Assembly (NCBI RefSeq): GCF_009834535.1
Contig: NC_045700.1
Span: 12,152,001 to 12,216,000, forward strand
DNA: 64,000 bases
Direction: 5' to 3'
Origin: Camelus ferus
Taxonomy: Eukaryota
The position numbers and the translations under genes are program-made. Below the pieces are notes generated by a model. That model had not been told where the DNA came from. It did no database searches and worked only from the letters and a program-made list of their open reading frames with translations. This document shows positions 36,641 through 49,460 of the stretch, in pieces (position 1 is the first letter of the stretch; each line of letters starts with the position of its first letter).

Positions 36641-37071
36641 TATTAAATGCTAATAAGAGGTGCTATTTGAATTAATGTAAAGTGATGCTTTGAGTTAATT
36701 TAAGTAAAGAAAAAGAAATAACAATAAGTGGTATTTTGTCTCAAATATCATGAATCCAAGAATCCCTACAGTCTAATAAACTTTGAGGAACACCGGTCTC
36801 GGCGGGGGAGTGGAGGCCTGAGTTTGTGAGGCCTGAGCACTGTTTTGAGCTGAAGGACGAATGCTTATGAAGATAATGAAGGTAAGCCAGGAATCTACTT
36901 CCCTGCCTACTTGGTTTTGATGTCTTTGAGAGCAGTGGCTACATCTGATCTGGTTCTTTGGACCTCAGAGCCTACCACAGCACCTGGTACATAGTTGGTG
37001 TTTCTTAAATATTTGTTGAACAAGAAAAATTAGGAGCATACATATTCCAATATTAGAAATGAAAAGCAAAC

Positions 37072-37212
37072 TTTCTTTTTTTTTAAAACTGAACATAGTC
37101 AGTTACAATGTGTCAATTTCTGGTGTACAGCATAATGCTTCAGTCATACATACACATACATGTATTTGTTTTCATATTCTTTTTCATTATAGGTTACTAC
37201 AAGATATTGAAT
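37072..37212 (-). mobile_element. Young L1 extreme 3' end (about 130 bp plus tail)
   Basis: Poly-T followed by text close to the 52514-52640 copy. Confidence 0.85.
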
Positions 37213-37555
37213 AAGAAGACACTAATGAACTTATCTATAAAACAGAAACAGATTCACAGACACAGAAAACAAATGTATGGTTACCAGAGGGGAAGGGGGA
37301 GTGGAGGGAAAAACTGGGAGTTTGAGATTTGCAGATACTAACTACTATATATAAAACAGATACACAATAAGTTCCTACTGTATAGCACAGGGAACTATCT
37401 AATAGCTTGTAATAGCCTATAATGTAAAATAACATGAAAAAGAACATATATAATATGTATAACTGAAACGCTATGCTGTACACCAGATATTAACACAACA
37501 TTGTAAACCAACCAATAAATTTTTTAAAATAAAAATAGAAAGTAAAATAAAATAA
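37213..37555 (+). mobile_element. L1 3' end, more diverged copy, head-to-head with the preceding copy
   Basis: aatgaacttatctataaaacagaaacagattcacagac... homologous to 10720-11052. Confidence 0.85.
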
Positions 37556-37906
37556 TCACTCTCCTGCCACATCGTGGCTGGGCAAACAGGCTTGCTTAGC
37601 TTTAGAAGCAACATTCCCAAACACACTGACTCATTGTTCATTTTCAAACAGGAAAGTTTTCCTAGGATGACTCATCACTTCTCAGCGAGAGAGGTTCTCG
37701 ACAGAGTTTGGTAGCAGGATGGGTGTGAGCCCCAGGGCCCTGAGAGCCTGGTTGGTCTTTGTGCCTCTGATGGCCATCTTAAAACTATCCAGTTCTTCCA
37801 GTTGAGTAAACATTCCCTAAGTGTTGAGGTTACTAATGTGAATAAGACACGGTCTGTACCTGTGAATCGCACACAGAGGGTCAGACAGGCAAACGTGAAG
37901 TTCTGA

Positions 37907-37963
37907 CATAATATGGAGAGCGTTAGGTAATATGGTGAGTGTTACATAATATGGTGAGTGACT
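37907..37963. repeat. 19-bp tandem repeat, 3 copies (taatatggtgagtgtta-like)
   Basis: Directly visible. Confidence 0.75.
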
Positions 37964-38014
37964 TGGGTGAGTAGAAGCTGGTGTAGAAACACAGTCCAGA
38001 GTCATTTTGTCTAA

Positions 38015-38200
38015 CCCCATGATTCTCAAATTTTAGTGTGTACCAGAATCATTCAGAGAGCTGACTAAAGGCTACTGGACTCACAGAGTGACTGGTCAAG
38101 CGGGGCTGGGGCTGGGCCCAAGATCTTGCATTTCTGATGCCCTCCCAGGTAATCCCGCTGCTGCTGGTGCAGGGGCCCCACTTGGGGGACCAGTGGCCTA
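38015..38200. mobile_element. MER5A
   Basis: gattctcaaattttagtgtgtaccagaatcattc...cttgcatttctgatgccctcccaggtaatcccgctgctgctgg. Confidence 0.75.
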
Positions 38201-38843
38201 TCCTTAGGCACACTGAGTAAGCTTTCTGGAAGAGAGGTGATGCCAAGCAAGCTGAAAAGGATACATAAAACATCAAGGGAGGAATTTTAAGAAAGGAAAG
38301 AGCAGCTACAAAGACACAGAGGAACGCCTGGGGCACACATGTTTCTGGAGGATACAAAGAACAGGAGATGACACAGGGGCCTTTGGACATAAGATGAATT
38401 AAATAAATGAACGCGCTGAGGGACTTTTTTCTCCTGCATCCAGTGCGGGGATGGTTACTGTAACATTTCAAATCTGTACAGCCTGAAAAGAATCACTCAA
38501 CGGCCAAAAATTATGGGTGATTCTTCCCTCCTGGGCCACATTCAGATGCAGGTCTTATTTAATGTATCTCTGAAAGATGAGGGTTTGCAAGAATATTTTA
38601 AGCAGGCTGGAAAAATGTGGATGTACAATGATTACAGGCTACATGAAAATGATGTAGAAATTCAAAAATATTCTATACAGTACCTCTCCAAAACAGAGGT
38701 TTAAAAATGTTTAATAGAATTCAAAAAGTCTGCCTGTTGAATGTCAAAGTAAGCCTCATGTTTACTTTTGTTTGTCATTTCTAGTTATACCATCAAATAG
38801 AAGAGGTAAAATCCAGTCTAGAAAATTCTTTTAATTTGGGGGG

Positions 38844-39537
38844 ACTTACATTATGGAAAACAGTATGGAGATTCCTCAAAATACTAAAAATAGACTTATC
38901 ATATGATTCAGCAACACCACTCCTGGGCATATATCCAGAGGGAACCTTAATTCAAAAAGATACATGCACCCCAATGTTTATAGCAGCAGTATGTACAATA
39001 GCTGAGACATGGAAACAACCTAAATGTTCATTGACAGATGTCTGGATAAAGAAGTTGTGGTATATTTATACAATGTAATACTACTCGGCCTTCAAAAGAA
39101 TAAAATAATGCCATTGGTAGTAACATAGATGGACCTGGAGATTGTCATTCTAAATGAAATAAGCCAGAAAGAGAAAGAAAAATACCATACGATATCACTC
39201 ATATGTGGAATCTGAAAAAAAGACAAATGAACTTATTTACAAAACAGAAACAGACTCACAGACATAGAAAACAAACTTATGGTTACCAGAGGAGAAAGGG
39301 AGTGGGAAGAGATAAATTGGGAGTTTGAGATTTGCAGATACTAACTACTGTATATAAAATAGACAAACAAGTTTCTACTGTACAGCACAGTGAACTATAT
39401 TCAATATCTTGCAGTAACCTGTAATGAAAAAGAATATGAAAACGAATAAATGCATGTATAGGTATGACTGAACTATTATGCTGTACACAAGGAATTAACA
39501 CACAACATTGTAAGCTGATGATACTGCAACAAAAAAA
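38844..39537 (+). mobile_element. Young 5'-truncated L1 (ORF2 C-terminus plus 3' UTR)
   Basis: Open frame LWKTVWRFLK...PLLGIYP...CTPMFIAA...WKQPKC...WIKKLWYIYTM matches the L1 ORF2 C-terminus; poly-A; TSD aa(t/g)ttgggggg at 38833-38843 and 39538-39548. Confidence 0.95.
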
Positions 39538-39689
39538 AAGTTGGGGGGGCTTAAATTTGTTTAGTTAATTAGCATTTATAAATAAAATTGGAGCTTCCAT
39601 TTATAGGAAGAGAGAAAAATCCTGGTGATATCAGTGGAGTCATAGTTTTTGTTCCATACACTTAGAGCTTTTATTTGCACCAGTATTTT

Positions 39690-42600
39690 AACAAAATATA
39701 TCACACAAACAGCATATACAGAGAACAGGCATAATTTAAAGAATATTAATAATACCAACCCCATTATCCCCTGTAGCGCATTGCCAGCATCTTTGAGGCA
39801 TCTGATATATCTCTCCCCAATCACATCCCCCTTCATCCCTCCCAAAGGAAACCACCAGCTTTACTTTGAACAATTTCCTTCATTTTTATTATAGCTTTGC
39901 CACATGTATATTTATAAACTATATGTATCTTCTAGTTCTGCCTTTTGAAAGGCAAACAAATGGAACTGACTCTGGGTGTTCTTAGGTCCTTTGCACTTTT
40001 TTGCTGAACGTAACGCTGTTGAGAGTTGGCTGGGTAGGCATACAGCCAAAGGTCACTCAGTTTCATGGCTGCAGGATATTCCACTGTATGAATAATCACA
40101 GCTTATTTGTCCAGCCGCTTTTAATAAACATTAGGTGGCTTCCAGTGGTGTTTCACCACAAGCAGGGCTATTATGAGCACTGAGTGTGCTTGGCTGAGTT
40201 GTAAGGTTTATGTATGTTTAACCTTATTAGGTAATGTCCGTTTCTTTTTGAAATCACTTGTTACGAATTTTTCATTTTCTTTGGGCTCAAATAAGAGTTC
40301 CTTTTCTTTGTGTCCTTTGGCAGACTTTTATTTATTTTTTTGTCTAATCGGAAAATTGCTAATTATTGTTTTTTAGTCAGCATTTCCCTGATTAATAATA
40401 AGATAGATTATTTACATTTGTGTCTTTACTCATGTGTTCTCTTCTGTAAAAATATTTGTTCACATCTTGTGTCCACTTTTATTTAAGTTGACTATTGATT
40501 CATAGGAATTTAAAATCCTTTTCTCACTATATATAAATTTATGTATAGAATACATATATAGTGACATATATATATGGAGGGGCATTGTTTGATGAACAGA
40601 ATTTCTCACAGCTTTCATATATTTGAAGTTATCAAACTCTATCTTTATGATTTGTGCTTTTTAAGCACATGCACCAAAACTGTTTTAGATTTTCTTCCAA
40701 AAGATTTTTGGGTATCAGATTTTTCTTCTCACTTTTAAGTTTTATTATGTTTGGAATATATGTGGGGGTGTGTGTGTAGGTATGTGATACAAATGATCCA
40801 TAAACTTTCTTATGAGTAATCAGTGTAGGCTGGACCCAGTGATCTGCAATTTTGTCTTCGTTTACAGACAACTGTTTTTCGGTTTCTGGAGTCTCTTTGG
40901 TTTTCTTGATCAGTTGGTCTATCTGTATGCCACCAACACACTGTGTCAGTCACTGTAGTTTTGAAGTAAAGTGACATTGTTCAAGGCAATTTCCCATGCC
41001 TGGTTATTCTTTCCCAAAAATATAGTAGCAATTTTAGATACTTTTGTTTCTTCCATGTACATTTTAGAGGTTGGCTTTTCAAATCTTACTAACACCAGGT
41101 TGCAATTTTATTGAGGGTTTCTTTGAATCTGTAGAAAACGTGGGGGAAACTGGCATTTTTACAACATTGGGTTTTCACAACTATCAACATAGTATAGTTT
41201 TCTATTTATTTAGCTTTAAAAATACTTTTAAATTGGGTTTCATAATTTTGCAATGCGCATGTCATTGTTTTGCATTTATTCTCAGGTTCCTTCTATTTTG
41301 TTGCAACAATAAATGGTATCTTTTTAAATTCAATTTTGAGGAGATTATTGTTGGTGTATATGAATGCAATGGACTCTTCTACATTGATCTTATGTCTGAA
41401 AATTTTCTTAAACTATTTTTTACTTGTTCTTGTTTTTTGTTGATGAAACTGATTGGATGTTCTATGTAGAGGGCTATATATTCTGTGACTAAAAAGCAAA
41501 TACCATTTCTTCCTTTCTAATCCCTGTACCTGCTTGTTCCTTTTACCTGTTTTAATGTGCTGACCGTGACCTTTAGTATTTACACGTAGTAAGATGCTCA
41601 CGTTGAACTGTTGTTAGCTATCATTTCTCGAGTGTTTCAGTCAAGATACCTTAGTTGCTAAAACAACTTTAAAATTTAAACTGTTTCAGGATAAGAGTTT
41701 ATTTCCTCCTCTTGTGAGAGCCGGTTCTGCTTGCTAGTTGAGGTGGTGGGTGTTTTGCCGCACATATTCATTCAATAACTTCCATCTTTTCGGTCTTCAT
41801 GCTCAGAGCCCAGTCAATTTAGAAGCAAACGGAGAAAGACAATGCATAAATCATAAGGAAGGTTTTTATGGTCCAAGCCTGAAAACATGCATGTCTCTTC
41901 CTCTCTCAATCTAACGGCCAGAATTCTGTCAGATGATGACATCCAGGGGCAACAGAGGCTACAGAGGTAATCTTGTTCTCTGCCTGGATAAACAGAGAGC
42001 CAGGATGCTGAAAAGCCTTCTGTTGTGGCCATTTTAAGAAGTTACCTTCTATTTTTAGTTTGCTTTTTGCGTCTAAATAGATGATCATACGATTTTCCTC
42101 TTTTAATATGCTAATTTGACAAATTACTCTGCATTTTGTAATATTGAAAACAGTTTTATATTTACAGACTAACTCACTTAGATATATTGTATTTAATTCT
42201 TTTTTTCATGGAAACAAACTTCTGCATTTTATTTGCTAATGTTCTGTTTGGAATTTTTCTTGTCTATATTCAGGAGTGAGCTTGGCCAAGAAGACTCCTT
42301 TCTGATTAATATCTTTGCTTGATTTTGTGACCAAGGATAAATTAGACTCGCAAAATTATCTGAGGATTGTTTCAACTCTTATTATTTTTACAGTGGAGCT
42401 TATCCAGTTTTTGAATTGTCTGTTCCTTGACTACGAGAGAGAATTCACAGGATCTTTGAATGTGTGATAGAACTTATTAAGAAAAATTCTCCCACATTTT
42501 TCTAGGAATTAGTTCATTTCATCTAAGCCTTTGCACTTGTTGGCAGAACGTTGCTTATGATAAATTCTCATTGCCTTTTTCAACTCTGCTCTGTTTGTAC

Positions 42601-43560
42601 TCACAACTTTCTTGAATTACTTGCTTATATTCCTTGGGAGATGACTCCATTTCTATCTGTATATCTCTTACTTATTTTTCGAAAGAATTCTTCTATAAGT
42701 TTATCTTATTTGGTTTCTTGAAAGAATCAATTTTTATACTTGCGTTTTTTGTAATTCATTAATTTTGGCTCTTATGTTTTTTTTCTTCCTTTTGCTACTT
42801 TTGGACTCCTTGCTATCCTCAGTTTGTTCTTACTTCTTAACTTGGATTTTTTTAGTTCATTACTTTCATACAGTCTTCTTTCCTAAAAGAGAAATCTTTG
42901 CCAAACATGGGGTTATAGAGATATTGTTTTATATCACCTTTTGAAACTTTTATTATTTATTTGTTCACAGTATTTAGTTCTACAATCCTACTGGAATGTA
43001 TTTTTTTTTTAGCATGATATGAAGTAGGATTTGAGATTCATTCTTTTCCATATGGATATCCAGTTAAACAGAAGTAATTTATGTTTAAGCCTGTCTTTTT
43101 CCCACTCTCCTGCAGTGTCACCTTTTCAGAGATCAAATGTCCATAAAAGTGTGGGTCTCCCACTGAACTCCTGATTGCATTCCATTTCTGTTTGTATTTC
43201 TTTGCACCAAATCATGCCATTTTAATCACTACATCTTTACAATAAGACTTTTTATCCAGTAAAGTAAGTTTCCCAAATCAGTTCCTTCTCAAGGTATTTG
43301 GGTTCTATTTTACCCACTGGATTTCCATAAAAAATGTTAAAAGCAGCCCATCAATTTTTTATAAAAAAATATTCAAAAGGATTTTTTAAAATCTAGGTAA
43401 AATTACATGCAGTAAAATTCATAGATCTCAAGCATACATGTCAATGAGTTTTGACAAATGTATTCACCCTGGTTATTATCATAACCAATACCCCAAACCT
43501 TCTTTCACCTGAGAGACTTTTCTCATGGTTTTTCTAGTCCTGCTGCCTGGCAATTGCTGC
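39690..43560 (-). mobile_element. Long degraded L1ME/L1MD, several fragments
   Basis: Antisense L1 3' UTR to ORF2 motifs throughout (ttgaatctgtagaaaac, catggatatccagtt, tttgacaaatgtattcacc). Confidence 0.75.
41633..42030. mobile_element. MaLR LTR (MLT1) inserted in old L1
   Basis: Starts tgtttcagtcaagataccttagttgc; ends ...ctgttgtggcca. Confidence 0.6.
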
Positions 43561-44674
43561 TGCCTCCATTATAGGTTCATTACTGAATGTCTCCTGAAAT
43601 GTCAGCTTTCTAATTTCTTTAGATGGAAAGGAGATAGATTGCTTATGTGCCTTGGTATATTGAGGATTTGATTTTCAGCAGCTCTTAGATTCTCCATTTG
43701 CCTGAGTCATTCAGAGGATTTATGACTTCCTGGTGGAACGGCTGGAAAGCACGTTGCTTAGACCATACCTTTCTTCACCAAAGCTCAATGAGTTGCCTCT
43801 CCACAGCACCTTCCACCTTCAAAGCCTCCCAAAAGTCGAATCCTGCCCTTTCGCACTGGTGGGGCTGGGCATGGCTCCTCTTCTCCAAGGAGGATCTTTC
43901 TGTATAACGCTGGTTGGTCCTGAGGAGCTCTGTCTAAAGTCTCCACTGTCTATACCCTCATTGTTTCACTCTTTGTAAATTGAAACAGTCTCTCAGTAAA
44001 ATCCTTGGGTATCTTTTGGATTTTATTCCACCTTTTATCTTTGCTGGCAGCTAATTCAATATTTTACTAAAAGACCCTCAGATGTGACTAGATGAACATG
44101 CATTGATTTCCAGAATAATTATTTGAATATTCAGTGTAGTAGACGTAGACACAAATCTGTATATCAGATCTATTTATATTTCTCTACTTATGTTTTTCAT
44201 TGAGCAATATTTCATGTAAGTATCTACAATCTTTTCGGTTTACATACATTTTTGCAGTGTTCCTTTGAATTTAAATATTAAAGACTTGGAGGATACGATA
44301 TTTTTAAAGGAATGCTCGAAGATGTAACAAGTGAATGGGGATCAGTGAGGTGAGCTCTGACCCTCACTTCCAGAGTGCCTAACACACGAGTGAAAATTTC
44401 AGCACATGAAGTGGCATCACACAAAACTTTTCCCAACGCATGTTTGCTCTTCCTGAAGCAGAGACCTCAAATGGAACTTATGCAGGATTTTCTAGGACAG
44501 AAAAAGATATTTATTATACTGTTGGTGGAGACCAACTGTTATTATTATTGCTATTGAAAACAAAGGAACTTAATTCAATCAATTTGGGAACAAAAAGAAA
44601 TGAAAGGAAAAGACACGGTGTTTAAAGTCTAGAACAAGCTACCAAGTGTGGAAGGGAGATCCTTTTAATATTTT

Positions 44675-44832
44675 NNNNNNNNNNNNNNNNNNNNNNNNNN
44701 NNNNNNNNNNNNNNNNNNNNNNNNNNNNNNNNNNNNNNNNNNNNNNNNNNNNNNNNNNNNNNNNNNNNNNNNNNNNNNNNNNNNNNNNNNNNNNNNNNNN
44801 NNNNNNNNNNNNNNNNNNNNNNNNNNNNNNNN
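44675..44832. other. Assembly gap (158 N)
   Basis: Run of n. Confidence 1.
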
Positions 44833-46899
44833 TGGTAAATTCCAGGGATCAAAAATATTGGTGTGACTTTTACATCAGAGGATCTCAGCTTCAGAGAACA
44901 AAAGATTCTAAGAGAGTGTGTACAGCATGGGATTCTGGAACCTGCATGTCTAATAAAGTTACAAGGTAAGTCTCATGAGATAATCATGAGCTACATAGTG
45001 ATAAATACACCTTCGGGTGCTATCTCTGCGTGCTGCAAGGTGGTGAGGGGAGGTGGCAGCTGTGTTCACACGATAAGGAGCCTGAAGATAGGTTTCTTTC
45101 TTTTAGGGATTGCAGGGCAAACAGACATGAGAGAGAGAGACAGAGACAGAGACAGACAGGGACAGAGAGCGTGTTTGCCTTTCATTCCCATGGTGTATCA
45201 TCTTCCACGATAATCTCCCCAAAGCCCCCATGTGGGTCCCTGTGGGGGCTGCCAATTGTGGGTGATGAGAGAAGCAGCAACGCCTATTCTCTAAGCTGGT
45301 GAGAGTCTATCTTGCTCTGCTGGAGTGCTCTTTTGATTCCGGGGCAAAGAAAAATCAGGTTCATAATGTCTCCTGAGCCCTTTGACTGATACCACCAGTG
45401 AGTTTAAGCTGTGATAGCCTCCTGCTTCTTCTACCTCCATATCAGACATATTATACTTCAAACCTGAAAGTTGAAAGGGGTAATATACTGCACATAACAT
45501 CAGCCTTTAGGAGCTGACAGATATTCTTCCTTTTTTCTTATCCTGTACCCCATCACTCACAAAACAAACTGCCTCTCTTAAAGCTGTCTTTGGCTTTAAG
45601 CATCAAGCATCTTGCAGAAGAAAGTGTAAACTTTATGATGTCATTGTTTAATATGCTATTCTGGATTCTAGCTTTCCTTTAATATATCAGAATGAGAATC
45701 ACATCTGTTAATGCAGCACTCAAATACTCACACACTGTCCTCCAGTCTTCCAATTACTCTCCTGAGAATAAAAGCGAGAGAACGTACTGGAATAAATGTG
45801 GGAATGCAAAGATACACATAAGTTTTGAATAGCCATATTCACATAAGATAAATTAACGTAATTTAGTCTCCCATCTTAACGTGGGAGATACGTGGAAAGA
45901 GTAGTTAGTAACAACCTGAGGGAGGGCAGTCTCTCCTCTGGCAACTGATGTGGGTTCCCACCACTTGATAACACAACATCTAAAAATGTGGGGGCCCGAG
46001 ACACTCAGGAAATGACAATGACCTTGTGGTCCAAACTATGTTAAAAACTTCAGCTCGAAGGGAAACATTCCAACAGATAGTAAAATGGAAAATAAATGTG
46101 GAGTGTTTGGTCCACCCAACCCACTCCTGCCTAGCAGAGATCCTCAAGATTCAGAGTGAGCAAAATCTGAAAAGCTCAAATCAAAGCTTCTGAAACCTAC
46201 TTATCATCCACTCAACCCACAGGGAATGCAAAATCAGAAAACCACAGGGGTCGGGGAGAACTGAGCAAAACACATCCAGTTAGTTATAAGTTTTGGCTGT
46301 AAAATGAACTTTTAGAGAGAATTGAACGTCTAAATGTAATTCAATGAGCGGTGGACATATGACACACACAGTGTGCTTGTCTACGGGGACCCAAGAGCAA
46401 ATCGCGTGAAATGAGCACACTGTCGTTAAGTACAAGTACACTCGTCCAGCACAGAAAACAACTGCAAACTACTCACTTGTTCCTGGGGTGTTTCTATTTA
46501 TATATTTTTGTGTGTAATGCATTGTAATTCTGCCAGTGGCTATCTTCACAAGTTGGAGTTATTGGCTGAGCTACAGAGAAGCGTTTATAGCTGGGTTTTC
46601 CAACCACCAAGACACTTCCATGACATTTCAACTCAAACTACAAAGTCCTTGTGCCACAGTTACCTCCCCCTGCACCCCATGGACTCTGGTCCCCTCAGAT
46701 GTGTAGAAAGAGGTGACAAAAAGGAACCCCGAAAGTCACATCAAATTAACCTTTCATGGAGTTGATTTGATGGAGAACAAATCTTCTCCTAAAGGTAGGT
46801 AAATGAGCTGAAACTATTCCTGTGAGTTACTAGTACTCAGATGAATATTTTCCCTATGTGTTTTAATCAAATAATACTGAAAATGATTGAACACTTAGC

Positions 46900-48720
46900 A
46901 TGTGTTTTGGACCATGAGGGTTGAAAAAAATCAAAAAGATACCTTTCCTAATGTCACAGATCTTAAAATAGAGGGAAAAAGGCAAAGTGTGAATTACAGA
47001 GCACGGTAAACTTTAAGGCAGCTATAAGGACTGTTATAATGGGCATAATTATAAGGTACTGGTAATGAAAAATAAGTGGGAACTGAGGTCTAGGGTAGGC
47101 TTCATTAAAGAGTGAAATAGAGTTTTCAAAAGACTACAAATAATATTGTTGTTTGGATATAAACTGAATAAAAGGAAAATAGTTTTGTAAGGGAAAAAAA
47201 GATGAACAAAAACAGTGAATACATTGATTTTACAGAAATTAACTATGGGTTTGAGACGACCATGCTCAGTTCTACATGAAGAGCAACATGCCATAGACAT
47301 GTGGGTGGGAGAGAATGGAAATAGGGGTTGGTATTAACTTGTGAGTGGGATTAGATATCATGCTGATCAGTCCTGATTTTTGGATGGTGTGAGCAAATCT
47401 GTGTTTTTGAGACAGAGGAGCATGCACGTTACAGAGGGTAGAACCTGGAGACAGAGTGATGAGATGTGGAAGTATTGGGAAACAGATTATCTGAAACATG
47501 AAAACATCATGGAGGAGGAATAGGAAGGACCCGGAGACCAAGAGGTTGCATCAAAATGGAGGGGGAAAAAAATGTCATTTATTAGAATTCCAGGAATCCA
47601 GGAGAAGGCACACTGCCCTGGTGGAGCCGCCTACCAAGAAGAAGCAGTAGGAGGGAATGTGGGCTGTGGAAGTTGAATGTGAAGGAGAAGTTCCATTCTC
47701 GGCAGGTGAGCTGTGGGAGGGGCTGAGTGAGAGGAAGAGTGAGGACAGGGTCTAGAAGCTGGTTGGTGCTGATATGGTCTCTCCTCTGTGACACTCCCAA
47801 AGCCTCAGGAAAGTTATAGTATTCACAAGATTGTTGATCTGAAAACATTTGGTGGGGGTAGGTGGGTGGAATTAGATAAATAAAATATGTTGAGTACCTC
47901 AGTCCTTGTCAGACGCTCCATCCACAGTAGTCTTTCTTTTTAATGGCTTCCTCCCACCCTCATTAGTGAAGAGAGAGTAAACCAGGGTAGGAGGCCATCA
48001 CGATGATACGTGCAGAGCGAGAAACAGAGTTGAAAAGGCGAGAGGAAGTATGCTTTGGAATTAGAACAAAGAGTTGGGAGATATTTGATCCTGTGAGTTG
48101 GTTACATTCACATTGATATGCTAGAGGTAGAGAAATCCCACTTGACTTCTGAGTTATTCAGATGTGAGGAGGAAGGAACAAAAAGGCGATGAAGATACCT
48201 CAGTGTTTGAGACTAAGTTCCTGGGGAAAAGGCAACTCATTTTTAATCAATGAGGAGAGATTAGATAAAAGCACTGAAGCAAAGAAGAGGAATGTGTTGA
48301 GCTAGAAGTGCTGGCGGGACATTAAAAGATGTCTAGGAATACCAATCTGGAGCTCCAGTCAGAAGCTGAGGGTAACACTGTGTACTTGTAAAGTGTTCAC
48401 ATGGAAATGTCAGATACCACGGAGGGAACAGGAGAAGGACAGATGCTGGAGGACAGGATGCTGGAATTCAACAAACGTTTATTGAACATGTGACATGTAT
48501 CAGGAACTCATCAGTGCCCGGGATACAATAGTGAACAAAGTACAGCAAGTCCTGTGTTTTCCTGAGGGATGTGGCTGGTGCAAAATTGCGGTGAAGAAGA
48601 TGGTTTGGTAAGAGAGGACAGTGACAGGGGACAGATGGTAGAATTTCTTGGTAAGAAAGAATGGGTACAAGAAAGAGATGCAAAGCTTAGAGTTACTTCC
48701 AGCAGAACAGAGACAGATCA
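46900..48720 (-). mobile_element. Several degraded L2 fragments
   Basis: Antisense L2 body and tail (ttcaacaaacgtttattgaacatg, gaggaaggaaca, ctagaagtgctggcgggac). Confidence 0.6.
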
Positions 48721-49169
48721 CATATTATCCACTTTGTAGAGAGTAGGATCTATGTTAAGTTATTGAGCCTTAGTTTTCAGTAGAAGGGAAATTATCTTTA
48801 TTTTTTTTGTGAAGATTAGATATATAAAATAAATTTAGTTCCTCACTCATTGCAAACACTCTATCCATATTAGTCTGCATATAATGGCTTCTTCCCTCTC
48901 TTATTACTGAAGAATGCAACAGAGAATAAACACCTGTCCATCCCTATGTCCCTTGGACTAGCACAATGGCTTTGTCTTGCTCATAGTATGAATTCTGAAT
49001 TTCCTCCTGTGGCCAACAAGGATGTGCATACTGCTCTCTTCAGCCCCACCTTCCTTTGCCTCTCTCTGTGTGCTCTACTGAGACTGGTCTTCATGTGACA
49101 ACTTCCACATGGTCATTCCCAGTTGGAGTGTTCTGGTGTCCTCTCCGATTCACAGTTCATTGACTTGTT

Positions 49170-49460
49170 AATTCAGATTTCAGCTTCACATCCTCAGGGA
49201 GCCCTGGCTTCCTGGACCAGATCAAGCCACATAATACAGCTGTATTCTCTCCTAGGAGTGATAGTAAACAATTAGCAGTATAATCAGTAGATAAATGTCT
49301 ACAACCCCTCAGTAGGACATACGCTCCAGGACTGTCTGTGCCCCAGTTAGCTTGATGCACGGCCACAAAGCAGGTGCACAGTCTATACCCGCAGCATCTG
49401 TGAATAAATAGCACAGGGTAGGTGTCCAAAAAATGATCGATGAATAAATGAATGGAAACA
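49170..49460 (+). mobile_element. L2 3' tail
   Basis: Ends ggtaggtgtccaaaaaatgatcgatgaataaatgaatg. Confidence 0.7.

Noticed and set aside
38836-39078. 80-aa ORF with clear protein character
   Set aside because: It is the L1 ORF2 C-terminus in a 5'-truncated insertion, not a host gene.
41071-41469. 132-aa hydrophobic ORF
   Set aside because: T-rich antisense L1 sequence produces F/L/I-rich pseudo-ORFs.
44622-44969. ORFs across the second gap
   Set aside because: Artefacts of translating N; the gap content is unknown, so no claim is made.
45867-45888. 7-bp hairpin tctccca...tgggaga
   Set aside because: Too short to exceed chance; no TIR/TSD context.
46480-46570. Minus-strand acceptor/donor pair (ttctctgtag ... 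CAA|gtgagt)
   Set aside because: Stops in all three frames and no other support; at most a non-coding pseudo-exon.
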